A DNA stretch of 63,186 nucleotides, counting the filler, from Bigelowiella natans CCMP2755 (taxonomy: Eukaryota; Protista; Cercozoa): the NCBI GenBank assembly GCA_000320545.1. It is 8 parts of 8 records of this genome, joined end to end, with 100 filler letters (N's around TTAATTAATTAA, not from the genome) between each part and the next. Parts side by side here need not be neighbours in the genome. Positions count along the whole stretch, not along the records: positions 17,340 to 27,582 come from ADNK01003350.1; positions 27,683 to 37,041 come from ADNK01000099.1; positions 37,142 to 59,975 come from ADNK01000720.1; 5 more parts are not named here. One strand, given 5' to 3'. Positions 27,101-41,111 of the stretch are shown piece by piece. The translations under genes and the position numbers were made by a program. Position 1 is the first letter of the stretch. Each line of letters opens with the position of its first letter. The notes beneath the pieces are model-generated. The model saw only the letters and a program-made list of their open reading frames with translations. It was not told the origin of the DNA and ran no database searches.

Positions 27101-27582
27101 TCTCACAGGTAAATAGGCTAAGAAATCGACGACGGAAGTCCTTGGATGGAAAGGATGCCTCATTTAGTGGAGGGGGGGGGGGGGGGGGAAAAAAGAAAGG
27201 GGGTGGGGGTTCCTCCAAAACCTTAAATATGGATTTTTTAAAAAAAAAAATTTCCGGGAAAAATTAAGGGGGCCTCCCCCCCCCCGAAAAAAGGGCCCAC
27301 TTTTTCTTTTTTTTTTTTTTCGGCACTCTTTTATTATTACCAAACCACCCAAAGGACCCTTAATTTTTTCATCTACAACTAAAACATCTACTACCATATG
27401 TTGGAGATACAAAATATATCCTCCCCCATTTCCTGGTCAAGGATTAATAGGATCATAATTATTTCTCTCTCTCTCTCTCTTTCGATCGGCGACCCACGAA
27501 GTGATTTAGCACATATGAACAGCAATAACTCTAAGGGGGCAGCGCTGCTGTTGCTTTTGAGAGCTTATACTCTGAATAAAAA

Positions 27583-27682
27583 NNNNNNNNNNNNNNNNNN
27601 NNNNNNNNNNNNNNNNNNNNNNNNNNTTAATTAATTAANNNNNNNNNNNNNNNNNNNNNNNNNNNNNNNNNNNNNNNNNNNN
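27583..27682. other. artificial contig spacer
   Basis: N44-TTAATTAATTAA-N44. Confidence 0.99.
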
Positions 27683-27763
27683 GAGAAATCAACCCCCTCC
27701 CTCCACCCAGCACGGAGGTAGTCATAGCCAGAGAGATCTTGCATGTCAAACACTCAATCGGCC

Positions 27764-27800
<37 letters not shown>

Positions 27801-27912
27801 TAGATAAAGCATAATTATCCTTTATTATGGATTATTTACTGCTACCCTTCTTCTTCCTCCTCCTCCTCCTCCTCCTCCTCCTCCTCCTTTTCCTCTTCCT
27901 CTTCCTCGCCCT

Positions 27913-27967
<55 letters not shown>

Positions 27968-27989
27968 TCTCTACTACTACTGAGTGAAG

Positions 27990-28061
27990 CACTTACTTCC
28001 ATCGGGAAAACGCGAAACTTGTTCGTTATCACACCCACCTTGATTGATGCTCAGTATTACT

Positions 28062-28118
<57 letters not shown>

Positions 28119-28956
28119 TGCGTGTGTTTGTATGATAAATGGCTACACGTTGATGTAAGATGAAATCTATGGCTTACTTTGTTCACAACTGTTCTAAGGC
28201 TCGGGTTCTTGTCGAGAATCACCTGCAAAACAACGGATTTCAGAACCAGGAATAATATTCTGCCGGTCTCAACCCGGCACATTGAGATCTCGAAGTTTTA
28301 TATCTGATATTTCTTGGAATCGCAACTTTACTATTTCTCTTTCAAATATGGCGTAAATGGCCATCTCCCATCATCATCACCATCATCAATGCTACCATCT
28401 TATTATTCTCTGAACATCATTTTCTTCATCGATCATCTCCTTCTCTCTTGCCAGCACCTGGCCTATGATACTCTTATATGCGCTCCACAGCATTGACGGC
28501 GACAACGAAGTGTCGTTGGCCCCAGATGAGGAGGAAGAGGAAGCATTAGTTGAATGATGAAGTACAGCTGGGACCTCGGGGAGGTTCAGGTGCGCGATGT
28601 GGCCTTGTTATCATGTGTAGAAGCAGATCGATAGGAAGGAAGAATCAGAGGGGAGGAGAGAGCAAGAGATCTGGCAATCAAAGCGCATCAGAAGATAATT
28701 ATGCATACCAATTATCTCGAAAGACGCCGGCGGGTCTATGCCGTCAGGTAGTAAAGCCCTCAGAGCCTGGTGAGACGACAACAGATATTGATGATGATGA
28801 TGATGATGATGATGATAAGAGAGTGGGAAGGACGCTCCAAGACTACTGATACTCCCCAACCACCAACCTGAGCTGCCGATAGATTCTCGTACGTCAGAGT
28901 AATGGTCCATGGGATGGGGTGCCTACCCCCTAGCAAAGGAAAATAATGTAATACTT

Positions 28957-29006
<50 letters not shown>

Positions 29007-29358
29007 CTGTGTGGAGATGGGGGAATCATTCGGATCGGCGAATAGCAAAGATTCAACAGCTTTCCATCAGCGATGGGGGTTTGGCGTTTGTACTAGCATG
29101 TACACTCACATACAACAAACAACAATCCACAACCTTCTTCGCCGAGGATTCCCTGGATCTGAGGGAAAACGACAACAACATAATAACTATCATCATCAGC
29201 ATCATCAGCGTCAATGAATCATCTAAGCGCCTGGCACGTGCGAAATATGAAGCTGGGGACGACATGACGGGAGAAAATCGGCCTGCTGTATCGCTCACAG
29301 GCACTGAAGGCGTAGACACCTCGTCGTATTGTCTAATGTCTTCTGTGCTGACGACGAA

Positions 29359-29412
<54 letters not shown>

Positions 29413-31087
29413 CTCTCTATCTATCTATCTCTATCTCTATATGCGTGTATGTGTGTTTTTATGGCTTTGGACGTGATTAGAATAATGAAAGTTTCCATAG
29501 CGGAACCAAACGCATGGGAGTATTTTTAGGAAGTGGTCGCACGTTTTGAGGCAGGGGCTCGCCCAATTCGAACTGAGTAGATTGGTAGTAAGACAAGGAG
29601 GATCAAGGGAGAAGATCCCGCGATCATCTTAAAAGCATCTTTTCAACTGCGAATATGTACAGCAGGTCCATCCCACGGGCATCGCCCATCGATAGGGACG
29701 AGACGAAACAAACAAGTGACAATTCTTTCCATTCTTACGCGTGCTTGTTATCTCCCCCCCCTCCCCGTCTACAATCCCTCCTCTCTCCATGGGCCCTGCC
29801 TTTTCATCGTTCAGCAGGATCACCCGACACGAGGGAGGGACGTCTGCTGCGTGAGGAGAATGGAGGATAAAAAATGAATGATTGTGATAGAGGTTGCAAT
29901 GGCTGAAGAAGGCAAGGGGGTGAATGACGTTTGGGGGATTCAAGGAGCAGAAAAACAGCAATATATTGAACAGGAAGCTTTACGAAGCATTGCCGACGAA
30001 TCGTGCCGGTGGTCCATGTTAAAAAGGAATCTGCACATTTAGTGTTGTTCCACTAGAAGAGTAGCAGCGATGCAGGAACGCACGCGAACCGGCGACGTTG
30101 ATACTCCCAAAAAACTTGCATAGTTTCCCCCCAACGCGGCCACATCAATATTTTAGCGGTTCATATGTATTCATATTACGGTTTTGCTGTCCGCTTGCGC
30201 TGTCTGGCTTCAAGACCACCTTACAGTATAATAACCGTGTCTCTGTAGTCAGTTTCAATGTGAAATATCATCGTCCCCGTAGTCATCAATATCATTATCT
30301 CTCTCCCGATCAGTATACATCCCACACCGTAACTTAGCAGACCTTAAACGAAGGCCTGTCGAAAAGGGCGTTTGCTGCTTGAAGTGTCTTCATCACATCA
30401 TTGCAGCGCCGCGCCTCCACGCTGACGTACGAATGGTGCATAGCAAACATACTTCTGAGCAAGCTGCGCGAAACGATATGCATATGTAAGAGATATGAAG
30501 AAGAGAAGGGCTTGGAAAGGGAGTAGAGATTTTGGCCGTCGTCACCGTTCGTAAGGTTAGAGTCTGACGACTACCATATGGCGGGAATAGTGATGCTCTT
30601 CGAGAAGGCTTTCCGATCCAATGCTAATTATTGACCAAAATGTCACGGATAAACTCTTAGAAATCATCATCAAATTCATCAGGTAATCGTTAGTAGTAAC
30701 AGGACTTGGAAGGTTGTGCTCCCGGCCCTCCGGATCATCCTTTGGTCCTTCTTCGCTCCCCCCCGCAAAGCCGTGATAGCTGCCACTATATGCCGCCTTG
30801 TATATTTGTCGTCGACAAAGAAGCCCCCTCCTTGCCACCGATTGGCCGCGTGTCAGCGCCGTTGTAGCCGCGATAAGCCTCCCTCTCCAGAATGAAGATC
30901 GTGCGGCTGCTACGTGACTGGAGGCCATTGCTCGCATTCGCATCGTCGTAGGCTGGCTGAGTCGGCGAGTGGAGAAAAAATGAAGAAATGGGCTTGTCCT
31001 TCGAAAACTTGTGAGAGGAGGTGAGGCGCTTCGGCAGAGGGTTAGGGCTTGAAGGAGCACAGTGGCCCTCGCGAGCGCACAGGGCAT
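27990..31087 (-). CDS. TRM5: tRNA (guanine37-N1)-methyltransferase Trm5, N-terminal part with an organellar-type leader; truncated by the contig end
   Basis: Exons in order: VEARRCNDVMKTL..LFDRPSFK, WTITLTYENLSAAQ, ALRALLPDGIDPPASFEIIG, HIAHLNLPE...YKSIIGQ, VILDKNPSLRTVVNK, VGVITNKFRVFPME. These match the Trm5 D2 region. Confidence 0.87.
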
Positions 31088-31496
31088 GCACGCGTCAATA
31101 CGATGTTGTTGTAGTTGTTGCTTTCTTATGGTGCTTTGGACTAAGAAATATGGTCAAATCATGATTTGGATCTTCTAGGGGTTTGGGAGTTGCCTTGTGG
31201 GTATTGTTGGCATATTGTTGGAAGAAAATTAAGATGTATTTGGGGTTACAAATTGCCAACGACGGAGCTCGAAAAATGGCGGGCCGACGTTCCGCGACAG
31301 ATTCCATCAAGACAGGCATATTTTATCTCCCTAGACACCGTTCTAAATAAACTAATTTAGCCGACAAATTAATGTCGCATGTATCATATCCCCGTAAAAG
31401 AAGTAAAGAAAGATGTACATCATCAAAAATCATCGATCTGAATGAGGGAGCCCTGCTAGAAGGCCCGACCGACTTCCGTCCTAGTCCCTAAACGCA

Positions 31497-34403
31497 ATGT
31501 CCTTGCTCTACCACGAGATTCTCTTTGCTCTTCTCGGCCACACCGGGGATGTTATTGTGGAGAGGTCCTGCGAGCCGAAGGAGGGAGAGCGAGGCTCCTC
31601 GCAGCGTGCTACTTTTGCGGTGAGCGAGGACGTCGACTTCATCACACAGACGGAACGGGCAATGATAGACGCTATTTGCGAGCATGGATTCTTCTACTCC
31701 GTTTTGTGCAGATTTATCCGGAAGAACCAGAGAATTGATTTCAGGAAAACAAGGTTTGGAAGGCAGGGAAGCGAGAAATATGTCGAAGACCCCCAGCCAC
31801 GAGGACTTTACCTTCGTGCTCTCTGCACGGGATTAGATGAAATCTTAGAGGAGTACCGCTGCCTAATTCTCAATATAGAGCAGGTCGTAGTCTTGATCAA
31901 TACAGAACCGAGTGTGTATAAAGAATTATGATAACTAACTTCCCTTTCCAACAGCGCATCCTCGCGAAACCTGACCTCTCCCTGTCGAAATTGAAGTTCT
32001 TGCTCCGCCGCTTCACCATTCTTTTCCCGCCACTGCACTCCGTGATAGAGAGAATCCTAGGGAATGTTGTCGGCAGAGATGTCTCTTTAGATAGCTCCAA
32101 GGAGGCAAAGCTGAAAGAAACATCGTCACGGGAGACGAAGAAGGTCAGAGCGAAGCATCGTCAGCCCAAGCAGCAGCTCAAAGGTGGCCAAATACTCGAC
32201 CTCCTCCACCGTCGTGCTCAAGTAGGGATCCCAGAAGTGCAACAGTGTATGACACGGCTGCTACACCACTGCCATAGGGTCCTCTACAATCAGGTACTTG
32301 GATTACTTGAAACATTTTCAGCGACGATGAAGCACTTGTAAAGTGTCTTTAGTCAGAGGAGGGGGGGAGGGGTAGTACTCGCTCGGAAATAGGCTAGTTC
32401 CATGGGCCATTCTTACTGTAATAACAATTTTGTCTTTTACTTTCCTCCCCCCCCATCCCCCCCCCCTCCTAGATCACGTCCTTCGTGGTGCACGGTTTTC
32501 TGACCGATCCTTACGAAGAATTCTTCATCCAGTACATCTCGGAGGAGCCATCATCATCTACCACTGCGCTGTCTTCTTCACCTGCGTCGACGAACGCAGC
32601 TAACCCGTTAGCCCAGCTCGAACGGCAATGGGACACGCGCTTCTCGCTGCGGCTCTCCATGCTGCCATTGTCCTACATTCCGATCCGTCTGGCCCGCACG
32701 ATCCTCTTCATCGGCTACGCAGTGTGCTTGCTGCAGCACCCCCGCATCGCGGCTTACATTGCGACAGTGTACGTAGCTTCACGGGCACAGACAGAGAGCA
32801 GGGATTATATGCATTGAGCGCGCGTGAGAAAGATACGGGGTTGGGTTGTGGTCGGGGTTCTCCTTATGTGCTTTGTTTGCCGCTTCATTCTTCATCTTAT
32901 ATGCAGCACCGATTTCCTGCCACCGGCTTGATATCCGTTGTCACCCTTCGTCGTTTGCATTGCCGCCCCCCCCCCCCCCGTCGATACAGGTATCCTTTGG
33001 ACTCGGATGAGGATGAGAATAACGCAGAGCTGCTCCCACAGGGAGGAGATGATGACTCATCATCTCCTTCTGCTGCTGCTGCTGCTGCCGGAGGAGGCGG
33101 CGGTAAATTTCTCGATTGGCCCTCACGACCGGTGGAAACGGCAGTCGGAAAAACGATGAAATCGTCTCGGCCATCTCCTCGATTAAGACAAGAACGCAGG
33201 TACGGCTCGGGGGCAGGAGGCAGTCTCGAGAGCATCTCCGAAGCAGTCGCCCATCGTCACCATCAACGAGGGAGTGGTAGCGGCTTTCGAGGCAGTTTTG
33301 ATTCAAAGGGGGAGATAGAGCAGCAGCAGCGGCAGCAGCAGAGACGTCAAAGAAGTAGTCCACGTCATCTTCATCATCATCGTCATCACCGGCAGCACCG
33401 CAGTCGTCAGTCCTCGCGCCGACTCTCCTTCTCCTCGGCGCTGCTGGCTGAGGTTGCAACGACAGACATGAGCCCCCACCCACTCTGCTGACGACTTGAT
33501 GGATTCGTTGATGTATTGATTGGTTGACTGCCTGAGTGATGATGAGACGGGGCGAGTACTAATATATTTTACTTAGAACATTACATCAACATATTGGCAT
33601 TGCTATCCCCAGAGAGACACCATCCATGTGTGCCTGTTCTTCGCCATCCGTGATGAGTTCTTGTGGTTGTTGCTTCCATCCCCCCCCCCCCCCCCCTTAC
33701 CCTACCCATGGCATATTTCAATCAATCAACCAAGGGCTCGTCCTCCACCTACGGGATCGGCCTCCTGCCTTCCCGACACCTCCGTGAGTTTGAACGCGGC
33801 CTCCAGCGACTCAGCGCAGCTCCCATCTTCGAGGCCGCGAATGTGGACCGGGAGCTCGAGAAGGTGCGGCGCATCGTCACCCAGCATATGCGCGACCTAG
33901 TGGTGAACAAGGGGCTGCTCCTCCGCCAGCTGAACGCGCTCAAGGACTTCTACTTCCTAGCCCGCGGGGAGTTCTTCCAGACGTTTATCGAGGAGGGGAC
34001 GGGATCTTTCTTCCTCGAGCCCACGTTCAGCAAGGGCGCCAAGGCCATGGCGGAGAGAGCATTTCAAGGCGCGGCGCAGCAGTAAGAAGAACAACTTTAA
34101 ACAAAAACATCTCTTGATTGCATTCGTTCTTCTTCTTTTGCTGCTGCTGCTGCTGCTTCATTCTGTGCGAACCTACCTGATAACATGCCCCCCCCCCCCC
34201 TATCATCATGGCGTTGGTGTGACGCTGCTGTGCATTATTACTGTGTGCCCCTCCCCTGTGGTAATTAGATTTGGGTTCGACAACGATCCGTTTTTCCAAC
34301 GCTTTTCCCTCTACCTGGACGAGCCGCACTTTGCCTTCGCCAATTTTGCGGCCCCTGCAGCGGCGAAGCTTGAGGGCGACGGTGATGAAGAAGACGATGA
34401 TAC

Positions 34404-34436
<33 letters not shown>

Positions 34437-34841
34437 ACGATGGTGATGATGATGATGGGGATGATGATGATGATCAGCATTAATAATTGATTGCGGAAAT
34501 GAACGGCACGCGCACGGTCAGAGAACCCACAAACAACACCTCGACAGATAGTGAAGCTGACAATTTGATAACATAAACAAACAAACACAAAGAAGCCGAA
34601 GGAGCCATCCGCGAGCGCGATGCGTTGGGCCGACTTCCGCCAGTCGCTCCCCCGAGAACGCCTGGGCCTCACCAGCTCGAGATTCTTGGGGACGCGTTGA
34701 TAGTGGATCGAGACATTTTGCTTACCACATCTCACCACTGTGGTGGTGGTGGTGGTCCCACCAGTGCGGTGCAGGAGGAGGAGAAACGTCATGTGTTGTC
34801 GGCTTCTAAGCAGCGGAATCATCGCCATCGCCATCGTAGCG

Positions 34842-34880
<39 letters not shown>

Positions 34881-35705
34881 TTGGATCTGTTTGGTACTAT
34901 TGCTATTTTAAGACTGCTTGATTGCATTTGTGGAAATGACTCGGGTAATAATCGACTAATTCCATTGATTCGTCGTTTGATGATGAAAGGTATCGCTTTC
35001 GCCGGAAGGTGGACTCAGGGTTCACCACGCGCTGCACATTCACCTTCCAAAACAACAACAAAAGCAACAACAAAAGCAACAACAGCAGCACCAACAAGGT
35101 CCGCGAGGGCGACGGCGGGTCCTCCTCCTCCTCCTCCTCCTCCTCCTCCTCCTCCTCCTCCTTTGCCCTCTGCATACAAAACAATTCTGTTCTTCTCTCT
35201 CTCCAGCTACTGCAGGAGTGGTGCGAGGGGGAGTAATTCTGCTCCCCTCCCCTCCAGGAGGAAGAAGCAGCAGCCCCCCCTCCACACCTCCCCCCCCCCC
35301 CCCCCCTCCTCCGCAGCTGGTGGAGGAGGAGGAGGAGGAGGGGCATCCTACGTCAGCGTACGAGTCAACAACAGGGAGAAAAAGAGCAAATTACCGACGA
35401 ATTCGTCGTTCCTCTCTCCTTCCTCCTCCTCCTCCACTCGCAATGGAGGAGGGGAGGGGGGGGGCGGTGGCACAGGAGGCGCCTCTGCTGCTTCCTCTTC
35501 CTCGCATTCACCGAGCAGAATTCCTACACCGAGCACAACGACAGTAGTATTGGGAAAAGCGAAGACGAAACATCCCCTTGTGCCCGGACGCGAGTACGTC
35601 TAAGAACTAGTAGTAGTAGTAGGAGGAGGAGGAGGAGGAGGAGAGTCAGTGAAGCAACACCAGATGCATGATGATGATGATGAATAGCAGCAGCACTGCA
35701 TCATA

Positions 35706-35754
<49 letters not shown>

Positions 35755-36226
35755 ACCTACTGGTATGCTGCTGCCTATCATTGGTCATTCAACCAAGAGA
35801 GGGAGCTGCAGGATGATGATGATGATGATGATGACGATGGTGGTCGACAAAAACGACGCTGATTCTCCTCTTCCCCTCCCCCTCTTCCCCTTCACCTCTT
35901 TCCCTCATTCTTGCACATCTATATCTCCCTCCCTCCCTCCCTCCATCCATCCCTGCTCGCTTTTACTTGCTTTGAACATCAGATACACGCTGCGAGTGGA
36001 CTACACACCTGGGGTTCTATCGGTATATCTGATGACAAAAGAGGAGGAGAAGCACCACAGTCTGGTAGGAGGAGGAGGAGGGGGAAATCGTGCAGCTGCA
36101 GGCATTCGTAAAGCGTCGTCGTCGTCGTCAGCGGCAGCAGCAGCAAAAGCGGCCGCCGCCTCCCTGATTCCCGTCTTGGAGGTGGATCTCTCCCTCAACC
36201 GAAAGATCAAGCTGGAGGGCGGACGG
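31497..36226 (+). CDS. TUBGCP4: gamma-tubulin complex component 4 (Spc97/Spc98 family) with an inserted L-type lectin-like domain; C-terminus missing
   Basis: Motifs: [102 protein letters not shown]. Canonical GT-AG introns. Confidence 0.92.
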
Positions 36227-36431
36227 GTGAGTCACGAACCGTTCGGATTGTTCTCTCCCCCTCTCCCTCTCTTTCCCCCCCCCTTTTCTCTCTGTATGCC
36301 ACGACGGTACACACTGTCCACACGCAACACACCAGAAGAACACTTGCACAGATTGACCCATTTGCTGCTGCCGCCGCAGCACCGAGCGCATGATGTATAT
36401 CACCGCCCTCATCACCCTCCTCCTCCTCCTG

Positions 36432-36960
36432 TTCCAATGTAACTTGTTCTTTAGGTTTGAACCCCATGCCTTGCAAGACCCCCCCCCCCCCCCCCCCCAC
36501 GATGTTTGCAGGGAGGGTGGAGTCAATGCAATTCGCCTTGATAGAGATGCAGAAGAAACCTCCGGACTTTAGGAAATACCGTGCATTATGTCCAACAATA
36601 CGAGCCTGATCGGGCTGTAATACATCAGCGAATACCACATCCACCATGCTGACGAGCTGCCTGTATTTCAAAGGGTGTCGGGCATCCTCAAAGATTGGAA
36701 TGATGTTTGTCGTTGGTTAGGGTACATTGATGAGGTCACGACCAGGCCTTGGAGCGAATTCAACAGGGTACACAGCACCCTCCTATTTGTGGGGAGGAAA
36801 AAGTTAATAAAACAGACAGGTTGGGGGGGGGGGGGGGGGGAGAGAAGGGCTGAGGGAAGAACAAACCCAAGAAAAAAAAAAAGGAAGAAAAAGCGATGAT
36901 TTCCCCCCTCCTCCCACAATGCGAGGCCCTGGTCGTGCCGCACGAGGAGAAATGCGTTCT
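36432..36960 (-). pseudogene. FBL: fibrillarin (Nop1) fragment with an in-frame stop, truncated at both ends; more likely low-quality or chimeric sequence than a true pseudogene
   Basis: Reads [82 protein letters not shown]...[10 protein letters not shown]. Confidence 0.85.
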
Positions 36961-37041
36961 TCTGTGTTTTGGGGGGGGGGTTCAGTTTTTCCAAAACCAA
37001 TTGCTCGCTATGCTCACACACACACACACACACACACACAC

Positions 37042-37141
37042 NNNNNNNNNNNNNNNNNNNNNNNNNNNNNNNNNNNNNNNNNNNNTTAATTAATTAANNN
37101 NNNNNNNNNNNNNNNNNNNNNNNNNNNNNNNNNNNNNNNNN
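37042..37141. other. artificial contig spacer
   Basis: N44-TTAATTAATTAA-N44. Confidence 0.99.
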
Positions 37142-37279
37142 ATATATATATATATATATATATATACATCTTTGTCTCTTCTCCCGAATCGTTATCTTCC
37201 ACCACCACCACCACCATCACCATCACCATCACCACCACCATCACCACCACCAGCAGCAGCAGCAGCAGCAGCAGCTCGT

Positions 37280-38438
37280 AGCACTTATCGTCTTAAACTA
37301 TGATGGCCTGACCGGATTCGTTGCGAGGAAAACTCCCCCACAAACAAGTTTCCGTTCGGAGTGATCTGCGTTGATGGAGGAGCGGCATGGGGACAAACAA
37401 GGGAGGGGAAGGGGGGGGGGTTGCGTTCGCATACAGACAGCAAATTTTTAAAACATAATGACGATTCTCTCCTCTTCCTCCTCTTCCTCCTTATATTTTT
37501 CCACCGTCCGCTAATCCTCTCCAACAACACTATCATCATCATCATCATCATCGTCATCATCATCAAATAAGAGGGTGAGAGGCTGCGTATCGTACGCGCC
37601 ATACTATACTACTACCACTGCTACCACTGCTACCACTACCAATACCGCTAGGAGGGATTAGTACCGCTATCGCTTGCGGATGATTAAACTTTGCCCGATA
37701 TACGGCCCCATCTTGGGTGCCCCTCCCACTGCACCCCTTCAGGCCTGCACACACGGCGAAGGAACGGGTGTGTGTTTCCATGCGATCGATTTCGATCGGA
37801 GCATTGGTCGTTTTGTTTCACGAAGAAGAAGGAGAAGGAGAAGGAGGAGGAGGAGGAGGAGGAGAAGAAGAAGAAGAAGAAGAAGAAGGAGGGGTGAGGA
37901 AACTTTATCAGCATCTTCTACTACAACTGCTGCTGCTGCTGCTATAATAACCTGCATACGTTGTCACTTGGAAGCCCTCGCCACCAGAGGAAGGCTTGAT
38001 ACGACGAATCCGGTCGTTTTCCTGTTTATGCGTGTAAGATGCGTGCGTGAAAGAAACGAAAAAGGGAAAGAGGGGAAAAGAAAATAGAGAGAGGGGGGGG
38101 GGATGGAGGCGGGTTGACGCGTATTTTGACCATTTTTTTTTAATACCAAATCTGCGACATAAAGGTAGCCGTCCGGCCCAGTCTTGGGGTGGTTGCAAGT
38201 ACGATTGTTTAAAGATGGGGAAGTGGGTGAGGATTCAAACGGCGGTTATAGGTTGGGATGTGTGTTAAGGTTGATAAGACGTGTCAATTAATGTGCGAGG
38301 AGACGATATTCTTGCATACACACACACACACACAGACACATTCTCTCTCTCCCTCTCTCTCTCTCTCTATCTCTCCAAACACGAAATTCGAATGATTGTA
38401 TTGAGTCTGAAATCTTCAACACAATCGGCGTGTGCATA

Positions 38439-38487
<49 letters not shown>

Positions 38488-38648
38488 AATATACATATAA
38501 TGAGTGTGTGTGTGTGTGTGTGTCTATATTTGCATGTATTATGATGCATATTGTATATTACCGCAATACTATCTGGATTGTCAAACTGAGCGCCTTTTCA
38601 CGACAATAAGAAAAGGCATGATGGAATACATCATGCATTGCACGCAAA

Positions 38649-38683
<35 letters not shown>

Positions 38684-38706
38684 TTACACACTACATATAC
38701 ACGTGT

Positions 38707-38748
<42 letters not shown>

Positions 38749-39121
38749 ATTTTCTAATATTATCTTTTTATATCTGAGTGATCGCGCGCGCGGGGGGGGC
38801 GTGTGTGTGTCTCAGCGCCCTCTACAATCCAAAAAAAACCGTGATGAGGCAGGTGTGAGCACGTTTGCGACTCGAGACAAGGAAACACGTGTCACTACAA
38901 CAGAACTATCATCTGGAATTCGTGATGACAAATGGCATTGTTGTGGTTAAAAGGCAGGCCGACCTGGGATGTACTCTGGGTGCCAGTAAGTTTCTTTCAG
39001 CATGTCGTCTTTCGGCTCTGCCGGCGCTTGTTCCTGATCCAAAGCAGCTGAGGATGAGGGGCCGTGCAAGCGTCGTTCTCACCGATTCGTGCTCTTTTCT
39101 CATATCATTTCTCCTTTTCTG

Positions 39122-39158
<37 letters not shown>

Positions 39159-39257
39159 CCCCCCCCCCTCCTCATCCAATTCGCATCTTGACTATTATTA
39201 CCTGCAGCATTCCCAGCCCTCCGGCAAAGGTGACGACCTTTATGTATTCCCAAACAC

Positions 39258-39302
<45 letters not shown>

Positions 39303-39679
39303 CACACACACACTCACACACACTACGTGCTATAATAAATGTCCCATGCAATACTAAGGGAGGGGGGGGGGTAGAGGACAAAAGATTACCTCTCCCTTGG
39401 GACTCAGGCGTCGGATTCGATGATTTAATTTATCACAGATGAAGATATCTCCGCTGGTAGCGTTGCAGGTGACGTCTGACCACAGCAAACACATCAGCAC
39501 GTGGTAGCAGGACGCTATGGATGATGAGTCGCCAAACAATGGCCGTTGGGGAAATAGTAACACGTGCGTGTGAGCAGCAGCAGTACCGCTGGGGTGGTAG
39601 AAATCGGCCCAGTCCGCCTGATATTGAGGAGGGGGGGGGGGGGGGGGGTTATCGGTGTTAATTATCTACGAGAGAATAT

Positions 39680-39721
<42 letters not shown>

Positions 39722-40021
39722 GCCATCTTCGAATACTCTCTTTCTTTCTTTCTTTCTCTCTTTCTATTTTACATTTACCGGTCCATCCCACCACCCAAAC
39801 ATTCCACAGCCTGGTGATAACGACGACAGCGACGACGACAAGGAGGGGAAGGGGGAGGGGGGAGAGAAGCACGAGAAGGACGATAAATGAATGACAGCTG
39901 AGGCAAGTTCTTCACAGTATGGAAGAAGCGATGGGGACTTGTGTGCGATGTGCGAGTGCTGCTCATCGAAGCAAATCGGTACATCTTTACCCCAGCAATC
40001 ACATACCAATGCTAAATATAA

Positions 40022-40060
<39 letters not shown>

Positions 40061-40344
40061 TACCGCTGCTGGTGATGATGATGCTACTACGGTTCAACTA
40101 CCAGCAATGGTTGTCACATTCGCTTGCCAAGGCGGATGCCGAGAGGACGACTCTGGTTGGTTTCCGCTGTTTGTTTCTCCTCCATAATCTCTCCTCCCCC
40201 CGTCCTTCTCAGCCGCAGATCCGTCCTCCTGCTGCATTTCAATGTCCCCATCACCGTTGTCGTTGTCGCTATCGCAGCGCATTACCCGCTTCCAAAATCC
40301 ACCCTCCGCGAGATCGATCTGCCGAATCTAAGATAGCGTATACC

Positions 40345-40401
<57 letters not shown>

Positions 40402-40752
40402 GTCCTTTGCTTATTTTTGTAGACGCTGCGGTGATGATGAGATGCAAGAGAGCTTCACCCTGCTTGCTTTCTTATCCGCAACGATGAGGGACCCTATTGT
40501 ACAATACCACAAAACCAAGAAACATGGCTCATATCACATGGAAATACATAGGTGAGGTCGCTGCTATTGAAGCTTCACACATGTCTGGTGTGTGCGTGTG
40601 TGTGTGTGTTTGGGTGCTGTGATGATGCTATTTGGGGTAGCTCATGATAACAAAAAGGACGTTGCTTCGCACCGGAAGGAGTCACCGCTAGGCCGAACGG
40701 GGCGAGAAAGCTAAATGGAATTTAAAATGGCAGAACACGTGAGAGGGAGATT

Positions 40753-40783
<31 letters not shown>

Positions 40784-41080
40784 GAGGGGGGGGGGGGGGG
40801 AGGGAGAGATGTCGTGCTCTATACTGCTAGTGGACGAGCTGCAATCTCAACGTTGCACTCGTTGTCGTCGTTGTCGTCATCATCTACTTACGAGGCCTCT
40901 GTGCCAATGCCGTCGCGGTGCACCACAAGAGCGTTGTAGTCTTGCGATCCAGCAATAGTCACGACGTAGCCTGAGCCATCGGTTGGTGTACGATGAGCGC
41001 AGATGCCAAAAATAAGGAGAAGAACAAGAACAAGAACAAGAACAAGAAGAAATGGGAAAACAAGATGATGGTGATGATGG

Positions 41081-41111
<31 letters not shown>

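Noticed and set aside
24940-27582. Probable plus-strand multi-exon gene, including an APE tripeptide suggestive of a kinase
   Set aside because: Splice-like signals exist, but no other kinase or family motifs were found, so it is left unannotated.
28480-28580. Non-canonical intron in TRM5 between NLPE and YKSIIGQ
   Set aside because: The segment is open and in frame, so a Ser-rich coding insertion explains it without unusual splicing.
36690-36730. In-frame TAA in fibrillarin as evidence of stop-codon reassignment
   Set aside because: Neighbouring residues are also corrupted near a low-quality contig end. NDUFS7 ends at TAA, and the other conserved exons I translated have no internal stops.
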